From positions 3,348,001-3,412,000 of the forward strand of contig NC_043010.1 in the NCBI RefSeq assembly GCF_006345805.1: a DNA stretch of 64,000 bases, given 5' to 3'. The DNA comes from Octopus sinensis. Its lineage: Eukaryota. Below the pieces are notes generated by a model. It was not told the DNA's origin. It was given only the letters and a program-made list of their open reading frames with translations, and did no database searches. Position 1 is the stretch's first letter. Each line of letters starts with the position of its first letter. The translations under genes were made by a program, and so were the position numbers. This document shows positions 12,341 to 27,080 of the stretch, in pieces.

Positions 12341-14758
12341 TAGGATCCCATGTAGGATTCAGTGATGTGGCTTCTTTTGTCTTTCTGAAATAGATATGAA
12401 GTTAAACATTTTTGAAGAGAAATAAATAAAAACGATGATATCCAGGCTTCTCTGAGGAGTATGAACAATATAGAAAAAGAGAGAAATAATGGTAACCATG
12501 AACAGAAACCAGATTAATTATTCTTTTACTGTTTAGTTTGGGTGGGGCAGGCAGAGTCTTTTTTTTTTTTTTTTTTGCTTCAGCATCTCCAAGTTTAATA
12601 GGAAGAAGTAATCAGCAACTCAGAGACCAAGTTTGAATGCTTGCAAGACAGTGAACTCTGCTAAAAGCATTCCATGATCAAAGAGACATATTAAACTGAG
12701 TGACAGATTAAGTTTATAACCTAAGAACTCAGCATGTAAACACCTAACACAAATACTGCAATGAATCTTGGTTAATGATCTTAGACTGGTGCTATAGTTT
12801 ATTGACCCTAAAAAGATGAAAGACAATGCTGACCTTAACATAGAAGAACACAGAGAGCTAGAACAAACGCTAAACAGAATTTTGTCCTATGGCTTAAAGC
12901 CTCTGCCAATTCGTCACCTTTTTCATGACTTGTTGGACTGTGGTTAATGTCTACTCTGTGATTGTTATGCTATTGGAAACATACAGAGATGAAAATGATG
13001 ACATAGTTGGACTATATTTAATTTTATCCCTATCAGCTCTGAGTTCAAATCCTGTTGAAAGCAACTTTGCTTTTCATAAAATTCAGTCTACCACAAGCCT
13101 ACATACAAGCTTACATGGCTGGAACTTATCCAAAATTTCTAGGCATTTAGACTGTTTTTACAAAAGTATATCGTGAATGGGATACCAGTCTGTCATCCTA
13201 TTCAGGGTGCTACCAGCACTAATTTTCACCTGAGTTTACTGGAGCAACAGGAAGCAGTGTACATAATACACTACCTGATCCAGCAATTGAACCTAATGAT
13301 CATGAACCCAATACTTCTAACTACTTGACCACATGCCTTTCATTCATCCATTCAAGATCAAAGAAATAAGTTCCAAGTAGCAACATAAATGCTTTGTGCC
13401 AAATCTAAGAACTCAATATATAAAGCAGTGCCGTTAATATAAATAGGAATATACAAGAGTTTAAATTTTATTTGTAAATTGAAATCAAACCGGTATTTTT
13501 TTTTTTTTGAAGCAAGCAATTTACAAATTGTATTTGGTAGAAATCACTTGTGCATGAAAAACAAAGTTGTGTAAGTTAAGACTAGTGACTTAAAAGTTCC
13601 TAAACAAATTCTAAATACAATGACTAATAGGAAATAAGTAAAAAGTCAAGCAGCAAAACAATGCCTGGAGCGGCAGCTTTGTTAGTAGTTCTTAGGGGGA
13701 TGAAAAGAAGGAGGGCAAGCAGGAGGAAGGAAGAGGAGAAGGAAAATATTTCCTGTTAATGAAAGTCAGAGAAACTGAAGAGTGGGGAAGAAGGAAGGTA
13801 AAATGTGAAGAATAATGACAGAGGAAAAGAATGAGATACAGTTGAATTCAATTTAAAATGTGAAGATTACAGAGAAAATGAGAGACAGAGAGAGAGAGAA
13901 ATAAAGAAATAGATAGAGAGAGGGAACAAGAATGAAGTAAAGTATATTTTCCATCAATAACAAACAAGATTGTCTAGAAATAGTAACAAATGCTCTTTAT
14001 TTATTTACTTTTTAACCTTGCAGGATTTTAGTTTTTGGAATGTTATTATATATATTTGCACTTCGTACATACTTCCATGTTATTCACAAGACATCTACAC
14101 AAACATATAGTTGTGACAGAATCTGATGCAACTACATTATCTGAGAACAAAAGATTCTTTAGCACCTTACTAAAAGGAGAAGAATGGAAAGTTATATAAA
14201 CAAGAAGATATGCCTGCAACTTTCGATATAGAAAGATTGTTACCGGAGAAATTGGTACAGAAATATCAAAAATAACAAAGCAATAAATATCTTTTAGCAA
14301 TATTGACAATGCACAAACATATTAAGTATTTATTTGTAGGTATGTAAAATTAATTCTACGATGAGATGGTATGGGGGATTAGTTTGTTGAAGTTTAGTCA
14401 TATACAGAATAATAAATCTTTAAGTGATGCATTACTGCTATATATGAACTGAAGAGGCAGTTGAGTTAAGTATTTTTGTGAGATAGTAGTATGCATTGTG
14501 TGTTAGGGTAATGGTTCTACAAGAACACTGTTGCTGCATAGGAATTTGATATTTAAATATAATGAAATAATGGAAGAGTAATTATTATGTAAATTAATAA
14601 ATAAATAAATATTATAAACTTATTTATTGAAATAATTGATAATATCCATTCTAAATTGGAAATAGAAGAATATGCTATAATTAATGAAACATGATTTTAT
14701 GAAATGAATAAAATTTTTCAATCCCAATAAATTCATAATATAACTTTCATCTCCTTTA

Positions 14759-14794
14759 TATGGTGCTTCAAAACAATAGTTTTGAAGCACCATA
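14759..14794. repeat. Perfect 16-bp inverted repeat, 4-nt loop
   Basis: TATGGTGCTTCAAAAC-AATA-GTTTTGAAGCACCATA. Confidence 0.95.
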
Positions 14795-15589
14795 GGAATG
14801 AAGACAAATAATTAAACAAATTAATCCCTTAAGTGTATATCTTTTCATTCATTCGTTCATTCAATCATCATCATCGTCGTCATCATCAATACAATTTATT
14901 TTAAATACTTTACTTTTCCTTGTTAATAGCTTGGATGTTGGTGCCTTATCAAATTTTAATGTTAATTTCAAAGATTATGCAAGGCCAAGCATTTTCATTT
15001 ATTGTAGTGGGTAGGATAGGGGAGGGGTATTATTGATTATATTTTCCTTAGTATATAACTGGTATATATTTTGTTGACTACCCCCATCTCCCCATAAAAA
15101 AGTGAAAAAGCAAGGTCAAATGCGGAGAGGTTTGTATTCAGGATATAAAAAGACGTAGCCAAATGTTGTGAAACATTTTGCCAAATGCTCTTTCAGGGTC
15201 TGTCATTATAACTTTTTGTTAATTGAATATTCTTTCTTCCAGTATTGTAATTAAGTAAAAAAAAATATATATATATATAATTCAAAAGTTTAATGGTTGA
15301 AAAGTATGAGAAGGTATCATCATCAGAGTTTTAGCATCTTCTTTTCCACACCTGCATGAGAGCATGTTGGAGCAGAGTTTTATGTGGCTAGATGCCCCTC
15401 ATGTGGCCAACACCCCTTGTTTCCAAGAGGGGTAAAAGTCTCCCAGTCTACCAAACAATATACAACCGAGACATGTTTTATACAAGGAACTGAAACAAAT
15501 GGCAACAAATGTTTACAAAGACAGCATAACAAGTGAAAACATGCCAAGAAGTTCAGAATGCTTTCTTGGTGGACTGCAAAGAAACTACT

Positions 15590-15613
15590 TACTCACACAC
15601 GCACACACACAAA

Positions 15614-15660
<47 letters not shown>

Positions 15661-16201
15661 ACATGCACACACACACAAACACACATAAACACATGGACAT
15701 TCTAAGGACTAGATATCTCCTATCTCTCTCTTCTATTTTTTCTCTTTTCAAATAAAATATTTCTCCCAGTGTTCACTATTTCCCCACCCCCTCGTTCTAG
15801 TCTAACGACCCTCCATGTTTGTTTTCATTTGGTTTCCCTGTATATTTCCACTGTCCTGTTTTTGTTCACAACTTTGACCCTCCATAAATCCAAAATTTTA
15901 TTTTGGTATTTATGGGAGCAATTGTCTTTGAAAACTCCTGTTGTCATTGATTACTCGAAATGGAGAGTAGATAGACAGCCGACAACTGATGAAGTGTCGT
16001 TCTGTGTATTCTTTGTATTACTTGTCCTGTTTTCCATTTTTTCTCTCATTGTTTGCGTATTTAACTCATTTGTTTTTGTATTTTATGTTGTTTACTTTTG
16101 GTGACAGCATGTACCCATATATGCATATACATATACATACATACATACATACATACATACATACATACATACATACATACATACATACATACATACATAC
16201 A

Positions 16202-16237
<36 letters not shown>

Positions 16238-16240
16238 TAT
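15590..16240. repeat. (CA)n at ~15590-15700 and (TACA)n at ~16115-16240
   Basis: Directly visible. Confidence 0.93.
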
Positions 16241-19016
16241 GAGTATTTCTTCTCAAGTTGCCAGAAAAACTCATTTATTTATTATATAATCATTTAGAGG
16301 GTTTATATATATCAACTCAAAATAATAATAAAGGTACATTATCAAATTAGTTATTGGTTATCAACTCAGAAATAAAAATGTAAAATATCCACCTCACTTT
16401 GATTTTAAATTTGTATTACCATTAAATATTTCAACTTTTCCAAGCAAGATTTCTAAAAAGACACTATAGGGTCTACTAAGAGGGCTACTTTAGGAAAGCT
16501 ATTAGTAAAATATTATGCAAGTTGTTATAACATTGGATAGGGATATTAATCTGTGTAAAAGACAGGGCATCTAGACCAAACTCAATTCCTTGATGGTAGT
16601 ATGGTATCCTAGAAAACATTATTAAAGCAGACGAACAAGAATGTCTGGAGAAAGATTCAGATAAATATAGTAACTAAGAATAATACAATTCAGTAAGAAG
16701 GTTTAAGAGAACCATAGTAAAAAAAAAAGATATAACCGTTAAACATAAAAATACGAAAATGAAACAGAAAGTCTGTTTCAAAGAGAAACTTATGTAAAAA
16801 AAAACAAAAAGCAAGGGGAGAAAAAAAATGACTTGAAATATATTTGACTAAATGGCTTTTTATTAAAAGAAATAAAATTGCTCTAAAGATGAGAAAATGT
16901 ACCAATGTATTTTCTAGAATGTTATTCATTGAACTCAGAGGGAAAGTAAAATACCAATGAAAAAAGAAAGAAAATAGCAATCCATATTGTTTTTTTTTAT
17001 TTATTTATATAAATATTTTTTATTTTACTTTTTAGTATGTGCGTGTGTGAGACTCCATTAAGTAAAGAAACAATATATAAATACATAAATGCAATCCCAG
17101 ACATGCTTTATAGAAAGAAAAAAAGAGATACTGCTTCTTTTCTTTTAATTATGTTTTATATAAAAGAAATTTGATCTAAAGTGTACAAAAATAAAATTCT
17201 CTTTTTTCATCGTTTTGTTTATGACTTAAGATCAAAAATTTAGTTTTACGCTTTCAAAATGTAATATATGCACAGAGAAATAACTTTACTGAAATAGAAC
17301 ATAGCGAATATGGTAAATGCTTATAGTGCATTGAAAGAACACAAAGAAAGAACTCAGCTTATAATAGCAGACTTAAAACAAGAAGAAGAAGGCAGATTCT
17401 AAAGTGAAGCAATATCAACTCGCTAATCTTAAACAATATCCTGCCTTCAGATAATGAATCCAAACAGTTGGTTGCTAAAACTGGTTGATGATAACTGACA
17501 ACTAACATTCAACAGCTTAGAATGAAAGAACTTGAATTTTATCCCTCAAGCTTCTAACAGGATATGCAGCAGCTCTCATACAATGTCATTGACAGCTGCA
17601 AAACATGAAAGGAAAAGCATAGCTCTTTGATAGGACAACATTCCTGCAGTCATCAAAAATGTAAATAAATTAACAAGTAAACTAAAATTCTTACTTTAAT
17701 CTAATGAATACTGTTGATCTAAGCCATAATCAATGATGTTTATATTTCTCACCAAAAGCAGATCAAAGCTACAGGATCGTCACTTTCAATAGTAAAATAT
17801 AACATAGGCAAACAAGACCCTTACCGTCATCACCACCAACACTGCCAACATCACCAGCATTATCAGCATCATCAAAACAAAATGTAAGTGGAATTGTCAC
17901 TCCAGTGGTTGTGTATAGAATCCAATTCTAGACCATTTTAAGTATACGTAATATATGTAAATGAGAGCAGGTTGTGGGCTTTCGCCTACAAACTTAGCTT
18001 TAATAAAGCAAGGAACATATTGTTTGATCTTATATAGTCCATATTAGGTTTCATTATAATTTCAATACACACCATCTCAGGTGATTCTTCATTTCACTGT
18101 TGACACAGCCTCTTTTAATGTTTAAGTGTATGGATGGGAGTGTGCATGTGTATGTGGGTGCAGATATGTATGTGTAAACGTGTAAAGAATCAGCTCCATA
18201 CTTTATTTTTTCTATAGCTGTTTGCAAGAAAACAAAGTGACATTAATCTATATTAGCATAACACACAGCACATACACAAACACACACATATGCACACTTA
18301 TCGGTATACAAATATATGCACACATGTCTGCTTAAACACACACACACACATGCATCTTTCTCCTTTTTTTTCCTCACTGTTATAATGTTGTAAACACAAT
18401 ACTATTCATAGACTATTTTATGGCACTTTCCATATTTTTTTTTCTCGACATCACTTGTTTGAAGGTATATTTCTCAGGCAGGCATAAGCTACTTGGCATT
18501 TCCTTGCAAATTCTTCTGTCTATGAAACTTCTGGAGATTCTTTAACAGGCCTCCTGTTTTTAAGTATTTCTTGAATATAAAAGTCTTGGCCAGTCACATG
18601 TATTATTGAGTGTCTCATCACCCTTGCCATTATAATGTGTTCAGTTGATATGCTTAGGTTCTCTTCCTTGACTGAAGTCTCTTAGCACAGATGATATTCA
18701 TTTGTGCAATGCAATGATTGTGCCAGATTTAACTGCTTAGTTTCCCACAACCACCACCACCAGGTTGAACTTAAATATCCTGGCCCTTGTGACTATCTAC
18801 TGTATCACATACTGCAAGTTTTTGAAATATATAGCCAAGGTCACACACACACACACACACACACATGCACACATGTGAGAACAACGGGCTTCTTCCAATT
18901 TCCTTATACTAATTTCACTCACAAGGTATTGGCCACCTACAATATACTAGCTGGCAGTATCCATGCCAGAGAACTGAACCCCCTAACCACATACTTCTAA
19001 AGCAAACTTCTAAGCC

Positions 19017-19149
19017 ACACACCTGTACACCACACACACACACAGACACACACACACACACACAAACGCACATATTCTTTTATTTGTTTCAGTAATTTCA
19101 CAAAATATATACACACACACACACACACATGCACACACACACCTGTACA

Positions 19150-19188
<39 letters not shown>

Positions 19189-19256
19189 CACATATTCTTT
19201 TATTTGTTTCAGTCATTTCACAAGATGTATATACACACACACACACACATGCACAC
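19017..19256 (+). repeat. 120-bp tandem duplication built from CA microsatellite plus a SINE-end remnant
   Basis: CACACACCTGTACACC...CAAACGCACATATTCTTTTATTTGTTTCAGT(A/C)ATTTCACAA occurs twice at a 120-nt offset. Confidence 0.9.
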
Positions 19257-22200
19257 ACACACACACACACATGCACACATACACAACATACAGATATAGA
19301 TGTATGTATACATCTTGAACAAGATATGTTACTTTGTTTTAATTTGCAAAAAATAATAATGTTTCTTTTGCCTAGCAACGATTTAGGCACAATTCAATTT
19401 TAAAATACTGAAAAGCTGTACAGTCTTTGTACATGTTATCTTCTGTAGTGAAAATAGTAAGATTTTGTAAATTGTAAATAAAAGAATTTTCCGGCTTTCT
19501 TATACAAAAACAAAAAACAACCTTGTACAATTATTTTGTCAGTTGAGAGTTGTTACAATAATAAATGGCTTCAGTAATAGAAAGAGTTGTCGAATGTGTC
19601 TGACAAAATTAATATGTAGATCAGTAATTAGGTGATTTTTATAACATTACAGGCAAGTAAATCTACAGAACTCTAATTTCAAACAGATTGATGGTATTTG
19701 AGCAAAATCATTTCCCATTATGGTGACAACAAAAAAGGATGAGAGATTGGCAAAATTGTGGTATTTCTTCCGACTCTACATTTTATGTTCGAATCTCACC
19801 AAGGTCGACTTTGCCTTTCTTCACTTTGTGGTCAATAAAATAGTGTATCAGTATAGTTCAATACTATCAACTAATACTATCAATACTATCAACTAATCCT
19901 CCCCAGAAAATTGCTGGCCTTGTGCCTAAGTTAACAGCAATTATGGTGACAAAGAAAACTATGATTAGGGAGGGATTCACATTTAGAACAATGTAATAGA
20001 GACTAAAGAGTTCAATCTCAGTCTCTGCTACAGTTTTTTATGTTGCTTCAACTGCATGACTGAGGTTAAGAAGTCTCTTTTATAACTAAATGTTTCCTGG
20101 TTCAGTACCACAGCAAAACACTTAGTCTGTATTTTCTACAATAGCCCCAGGTTTACCAAAGCCTTGTGAGTGAAATTTATTACATAGAAACTGTGCAGAT
20201 ACCTGCTAAAGGAGCCATTCCTACTTTTTGGTAGTAGACTTAATTGATTAATTAGTTTAATACTACTACCTGGTTCTTAGATGTTTTTACCCATGTCCAC
20301 TCTATTGCTTAGAAGTATTTGAAGCAGGTCTCCAGTGGAAGCATAATTTCCTCCCTTCTAGCTACCAGTTTTAAAAACCATGAAAAAGGTTTTGGTTGCA
20401 GATCTTCCTCTTCTCTCTAAGCTTATAAACTTAATATTCACAAAAGGGTGGGTAGTTGGAACGATCATGCTTCCATAACAAATTTTTGTTGTTTTTGTAA
20501 AATCTCAGAAAATAATTAGAAATTCACATTTTTTATCAAATTATTTTGTTATATTTGTCTATCTATCCAACTGTAAACATTTTAAATATTTCACTAACTT
20601 TTTGTTGTAACTTGGTAAAAGGGTACATATTTTGCCAAAAATTGCCAAATTTGTTCCCACAGTCTTCTTTATTCACAACCAGAATCGTAAACTTTCTCTT
20701 GAAAATATTTCAAACTAGTCAAAGTTGAGAGTTTGACAGAGACAGATTCGGGAAGAAATATACATTTATCTGCTCTGAGGAAAAGCGAAATGCTAAGTTT
20801 GTCAACTTTCACACGAGGCTTAGTAGTTATAAATCAATAGTATGTTTGTTTGTTTCTCTCACGAATAAAGTCATCAACAACATCATATTATGAGAATATT
20901 CTTTCAATGGATTATTTAAAAGAATGAGGTTGGTGCCTATAATCAGAATCTTTTCTTTTTGCTATTAGTCACATGGCTGCAGCAGAAAGAAAAGTATCTT
21001 CAAGCTAGGGACATGGCTTGAATGTTTGTAACAGAGGGCACTCTGCTAAAGGTACCCCACAACTTAGATGCCTGTATTACAAACTGATCAATGGACGAAG
21101 TCTACTGCACAAAACCAAAAATGACAATGGGATTAGTGAGTGCAACTGACTGGATGCAGGTAATTGGACACAGGTGACTGCACATTCAGCCTGTTTTGAC
21201 AACAGTACGTTTTGGTGCTGGAGGCAAACATGCACACATGCATGCACGCCCTGGAATATAAACATACAGAAAGAATGAGAGAAAGGGTGAGAGCAAGAGA
21301 GACTCGTTGCAAAATATTGGTTTCAAATTTTGGCACAAGGCCAGCAATTTCAAGTGAGGGGAAAATCGATTACATTGATCCCAGTTCAACTGGTACTTAT
21401 TTTATTGACCTTGAAATGATGAAATGCAAAGTCAACCCCAGCAGCAGTATTCACAGAATATAAAGTTGGAAGAAATGCTGGTAAGGAATTTGTCCAGGGT
21501 GCTAACAATTCTGCCAGCACACCACCTTGCTCATTGCAGTATGTTAACTGGGTATAACTAATGTAAAGACTTTTCCTTTCTATAGAGAAATATGGTGACA
21601 CATAAACAGAGAGAGGGGCAAGAAGGGAAGATTAGAAGAGAACAAGAGAAGTATTAAAAGGTTTGATACCAAATAAATCAGCATAAATTCAGTGATACCA
21701 AATAGGCGATACCAAAACAGCTGTGCTAAAACACCTCATACCCCAGAAATAATCCCCACCCACCCCACCATGCAGGCTTTCTTGCAGTTTCTGTTGTTCA
21801 AATTTCACTCCTGAGAGTTTTGTCAACCCAGGGTTGAACTTTCAAAGAACACAGCCAAGCAAAATTTGCTGCTTATACAGAATGTAATTTTGTTCTTCCT
21901 TCATGTTCCAGTCACTATTATCTCTTCTTAACTCATTAACTTGAATCTTTTATTGACATTATCATTCAATCAATACTTTCTAGTCTTTAAGATAATTCTC
22001 TCAGTAACTTTTAATACCCACAATTTCAACAGGCTTTCATTAAGTACTTGTGCAATGCAGCTCTGGTACAACATTGATCTTCCAGAACCTTTGGTACCAA
22101 ATCTGAACCTGAGATAGTAACCTAGTCAACACACTCTAAATTAAACAAATATTAAAATTCACTAAATGATTAAATGAAATACAGGTACCTGATCATTAGC

Positions 22201-22822
22201 ATAAATGATACAAGTTTATTAATACTGTACTGTGCAAGTCTCTGCAAGGTAAACTAATCTGGTGACTGTGGGAATTTCAAGTTTCTGCTCATAAATTACT
22301 ACAGATTACAAGAGTTTCTGAACCATCAGTATTCAGAAAGTTGGTGTTGCACCTGTATTACCTTATGCAGTGATTCTCAAACAATGTGCTACAGAGAACT
22401 AGTGCAATGGAAGGAGCATCTTGATGCACCATAGATTTTTAAAAACATGTATAATGGCTCTACAAAATTTTATGTTATTACATATTTAAAAGTGAGCTAT
22501 TCATATTCTTTTATACTTAACTATGATTAATAAAACAAGATAAGTAATATTTTTTTTATATTTCCCCCTATATTTAATCTAATGATTCAAAATTTAAATA
22601 AAAATCATTAATCCCAGGTATTCTTACCTCTTTTATGGCCTAAAATGGACACGAAGAATTGTCGGCATTAAATGTTCCTATTTTGAATATTACTATTAAA
22701 AGACATAAACAAAGGCGTCTAATTTGGAAAAAATAAATGTTTGTAGCAAAGTGAATAATTCCAGATCATGTTAAAAAAAGAGCATATCAAGACATGAATT
22801 GTGTTCTTTATCAAAGGTCCCT

Positions 22823-22931
22823 TATAAATGGGACAACTGAAAGGCAGCATGATGATGTGAACTTTGCAGTCACTCTGAAGTAATAACATTAACTCAATGT
22901 GCAGAAAAATATCTTTATCTTGTGATCATAG
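22823..22931. repeat. 109-bp dispersed duplication, copy 1
   Basis: 105/109 identical, ungapped, to 27081-27189; all four differences are transitions. Confidence 0.95.
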
Positions 22932-23559
22932 ATGTCATACTCTTAGTATGTTAAATCTAAAATTGATGAGCCTCTGCAATGTGTTGGAAAACTAGGGGTA
23001 ATATCTTGAATGTATGTAAATAATTAAATGTACTATTGTAGAACAATTATCGATCTACTGAAATTTTGAAATATTCAATGTACAATGTATTATTCCTGCT
23101 GTTTAACCCCTAATCAGCCCTTGTCAAACAGACCTATGATCAATTACATTCTAGCCATTTTTATCTCATCAGATATTTTTCAAATATTATTTATGAAAGA
23201 CTACCATTATCCTTCCTATCATTTAAATGTATCCTTCTTGTTATTTACAGACATAGAGTAATATCTGAGAGAGATCTAACTGTTATTTCTAGCAGATTGG
23301 GCCAAAAAGTAGAGTGTCTTACAATTGGCTCGAGTCCATAATGTGGTCAGTTCAATAGATTATGCATTCAATATTATAAATACTATGAACTAAAATTCTA
23401 ATTAATGAGAATTATTAATATAATGATAATTAACTTGAATTATTAATGAATGATAGTTAATATGAATTAATATACACACATATATATACATATATTTCTG
23501 TAATATTAGTAAGCAAAGAACTATTTATTGTGGAGAATGCTAATGATGATATCATTGTA

Positions 23560-23682
23560 ATATATGTATGTATGTATATATTTATGTATATATGTATGCA
23601 TGTATCATTCTATGTATATATGTGTGTATGTATGTATGATTGTATGTATGCATGTGTGTTTGTATATGTATATACATATATA

Positions 23683-23762
<80 letters not shown>

Positions 23763-23815
23763 ATGTGTATGTATATACATTTAGTGTATAGTGTGTGTTT
23801 GTGTGTATATATATG
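23560..23815. repeat. Compound (TATG)/(TA)/(TG) microsatellite
   Basis: Directly visible. Confidence 0.95.
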
Positions 23816-24055
23816 AGGTGCTTGACAAAAATTCTTCATGGTAGTGCCCCAGCATGGTTGTAGTTTAATGACTGAAACAAATAAAATATAGAAGATGAAG
23901 ATATCCGAAATAATAAAATCTTCACTTCTCTCTACATTTACTAGTATAATGAAGTGGCCTATTAATCATTTTATTGGTGATTATCAGCAATATTAATTGT
24001 ATAACTTATAAAGTATTGACTATATTTCAATAACTGAACATTAAAAAAAGACGAA

Positions 24056-24476
24056 GGCATGGGAGTGGCTGCGTTGTAAGTAGCTTGCTAACCAACCACA
24101 TGGTTCCGGGTTCAGTCCTACTGTGTGGCACCTTGGGCAAGTGTCTTCTGCTATAGCCCCGAGCCGACCAATGCCTTGTGAGTGGATTTGGTAGACGGAA
24201 ACTGAAAGAAGCCTGTCGTATATATGTATATATATGTGTGTGTTTGTGTGTGTGTGTTTGTCCCCCTAGCATTGCTTGACAACCGATGCTGGTGTGTTTA
24301 CGTCCCCGTCACTTAGCGGTTCGGCAAAAAGAGACTGATAGAATAAGTACTGGGCTTACAAAGAATAAGTCCCGGGGTCGATTTGCTCGACTAAAGGCGG
24401 TGCTCCAGCATGGCCGCAGTCAAATGACTGAAACAAGTAAAAGAGTAAAAAGAGTAAAAGAGTAAAAGAGTAAAGA
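24056..24476 (+). mobile_element. tRNA-derived SINE, family B (full length)
   Basis: Head GAGTGGCTGCGTTGTAAGTAGCTTGC...GGTTCCGGGTTCAGTCC, internal TA/TG microsatellite and (GAGTAAAA)n tail; several homologues in the window. Confidence 0.92.
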
Positions 24477-24815
24477 GAGAAGGAAAAATGAAGGAATGAA
24501 TATCGGAACTCATTTACTCAGATGTCATTCATTCTGCCAGATATAATTCCAAACGAGGCTTAAAATGCGGTGAAAATCACCAATCAATCATTGACGAATA
24601 TTGAGGACACTGATGAATCTGCAGTGGTTTAACCTTTGTTGTCAGTGGCTGAGTAGACAGCAAACAGAAGGAAAACGGATGTGTACTGATAGAAGTTTCC
24701 TGAACTTTATAGATATTTTACAGATCAACAATAACCCCCCACCATCCTACACCCTTGAAAGCAGTCAACTGGAACTGATAGAAGGGATTGTGAAGACCAA
24801 AACAGAAGAAATACA

Positions 24816-24849
<34 letters not shown>

Positions 24850-25070
24850 AAAGAAAGCAAAGAGATAACATTTGTTATCCTTCTTTTTGGAACACCAAGA
24901 AAAATATCATGCTGTAGAATTGTAGGAGAAATAAATGTCACTCAGGGACATTGTTGTGTAGTTAATTTCATCTTTAATGTCAGCCAGGAAATTTCTTGAG
25001 ACTTGCTGCTTTTGACAGGGCTAAAATCACCAATCATCCTGAGAATAATAAAAGAATACACACACACACA

Positions 25071-25101
<31 letters not shown>

Positions 25102-25392
25102 CACTCATACACACACACACGCATGCATGCGCATGTGTGTGTATAAAATCTTTTGTGTGTACCAAAAGTAATTCCATTAGTCTTGACAGTACCAGAAGTT
25201 GATTGGAAATATTTTCTACTGACCCATAACATTTCAGCTTTATTTTTGAGATCAATTCAACCAAAATTATATTTTTAAATTTGCCTCATAATCTGAGAGT
25301 CTATTGTGTAACTATTTTCATGTGGAAAATATATTATTAGATTCTGTTCACTTTCATATTATAAAGCTAAGGAGGCAGAATACTGCCTAGAA

Positions 25393-25629
25393 CAATGGTT
25401 CTCAACCATTTTTGGCCTATAAACTCCTTTGATTCATATTTAACACTGCTGGATCCCCATAGGTATTTTGATGTTTAAAAAGTCTCATTATAATTTTGTA
25501 ATTAAATATTATTAGGAATTGTATGAAAAAAATTGTTAAAATATTTTGTGCATAGTAAAAGTATAACCAATTTATTGAACATTAATTTTAATAGTAAAAT
25601 CATATGTGGACCCTGCTTAAGAAACACTC
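25393..25629 (+). mobile_element. Degenerate hAT-type MITE
   Basis: Left end CAATGGTTCTCAACC, degenerate right end GCTTAAGAAACACTC; internal similarity to 57344-57597. Confidence 0.6.
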
Positions 25630-27080
25630 AAGTAGAACACCTATAATCTAATATCAGCTGGGAAAATGTGGATAGAAAGGAAGTTTCTAAAAGACATGTT
25701 TCTGGGGATAAAGATTTCAGTAAAGTGCTCAAAGCAAGGTTACTGGGCTGGGATCTAGAAGGGATGATAAAAGAAGTGAAAGTTAGTGAATGGATAAATG
25801 TAATGCATTGCTTGTTGATTAAAAAGAGCTGTGATTATTGAAATTGTGACAGGAAATTGTATGTTAGTGGAGTGAAGGTTTGCCTATCAGTGAAATGGTG
25901 TTATTTTGGAAGCAGTCTCGTGTCTTTGTCAGTGGAGCAGCTGTTTCATTTTAGATAAGTGAGCGGTTCTCTAGGGTGAAACCCACTTATACTTTCTATA
26001 GTAGCAACGACTGTTCAAAACTTAAGTAGTGTCTGGTTCTGCACAATAAATATAATCAATTTATTCACAAAGGGTTTCACTGCCAGATCATTAAAATTAA
26101 ACAATTCAGAGTCAACACGTTGGCAATTTAGTGAAGTCATAAGGATGCACATCAGGCACAATAAGAAGCATCTAAAATGCAAAAGTTTCTGGTAGAATAA
26201 TCAGGAACTACTTTATTATTGGTATTCTAATGAAAAATAATACTGTTGTTATGCATAAATGATATACAAGTAAAAAATAGGCCAATATTTAGATTGATAA
26301 TACTGTGCAGTAAAAACCATAAATTGCCTGTTAAACTTAGTAACACTCTTAAAGTGGTTTTGGCTCTGTTTACTGTTTTAGGTGAATGGATGAGACAGTT
26401 TCTCACATATAAAATACCAATATCTCATAGGTAGCATTCTTATATGAACTGTTGTATTTTTCTGATAGTTGGGTAAACATGTAGAATTGAATGTGCTGTT
26501 AAAATATATAACAAAATGACAGATATGAATTAGGCCATTTTATTTATATAGCCGTATAAAGTGAGCTTAATAGGTTAACATAATGTACAAAAATAAAAAT
26601 AAATGGTGATAGAAATGCTTTGGTTTAATATGAATAAATTATGTTATGTACACTCTGATTTATGTTGTGTATTGTGATAGAATTTTTACATGAAATGGGG
26701 TTTTAGCTCAGTAAAAAATGAGAGATATAACTTACACATTGCATAATGATATCATTTTGTGGTACACTCTTAACATAATGCAAAAATCTCCCTGGTATTC
26801 ATTACAAAGTAGAGAAAAAGGATGCAAATACAGTTGATAAAGTTTATTCCAAATGTTTAGATTTCGTATTATTGATGCTTAAATTCATTGACTTTATTAG
26901 AGATCATAATGTTTAACATTTGTATAAAAAATCTGAGAGGGACTTATGAAGCAAGCCAATAATTTGGCATTGCCATCATGTTGATTTTAAAGTTTCTAAA
27001 TAAATCCAGATAGCTTTCCATTTATCAGGGTACTTGAATTACTTTAGATATTGTCATTGCTTTCTACATTTCAGTATATA

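Noticed and set aside
22848-22931. C/D or H/ACA snoRNA reading of the duplicated 109-mer (ATGATGA ... CTGA)
   Set aside because: No terminal D box at the end of the conserved block, conservation extends 25 nt upstream of the C box, no convincing rRNA or snRNA guide match from memory, and H/ACA spacing is too short.
24601-24999. 132-aa ORF with a PPPSY motif
   Set aside because: Runs through a CA microsatellite, has no good donor and shows no recognisable domain.
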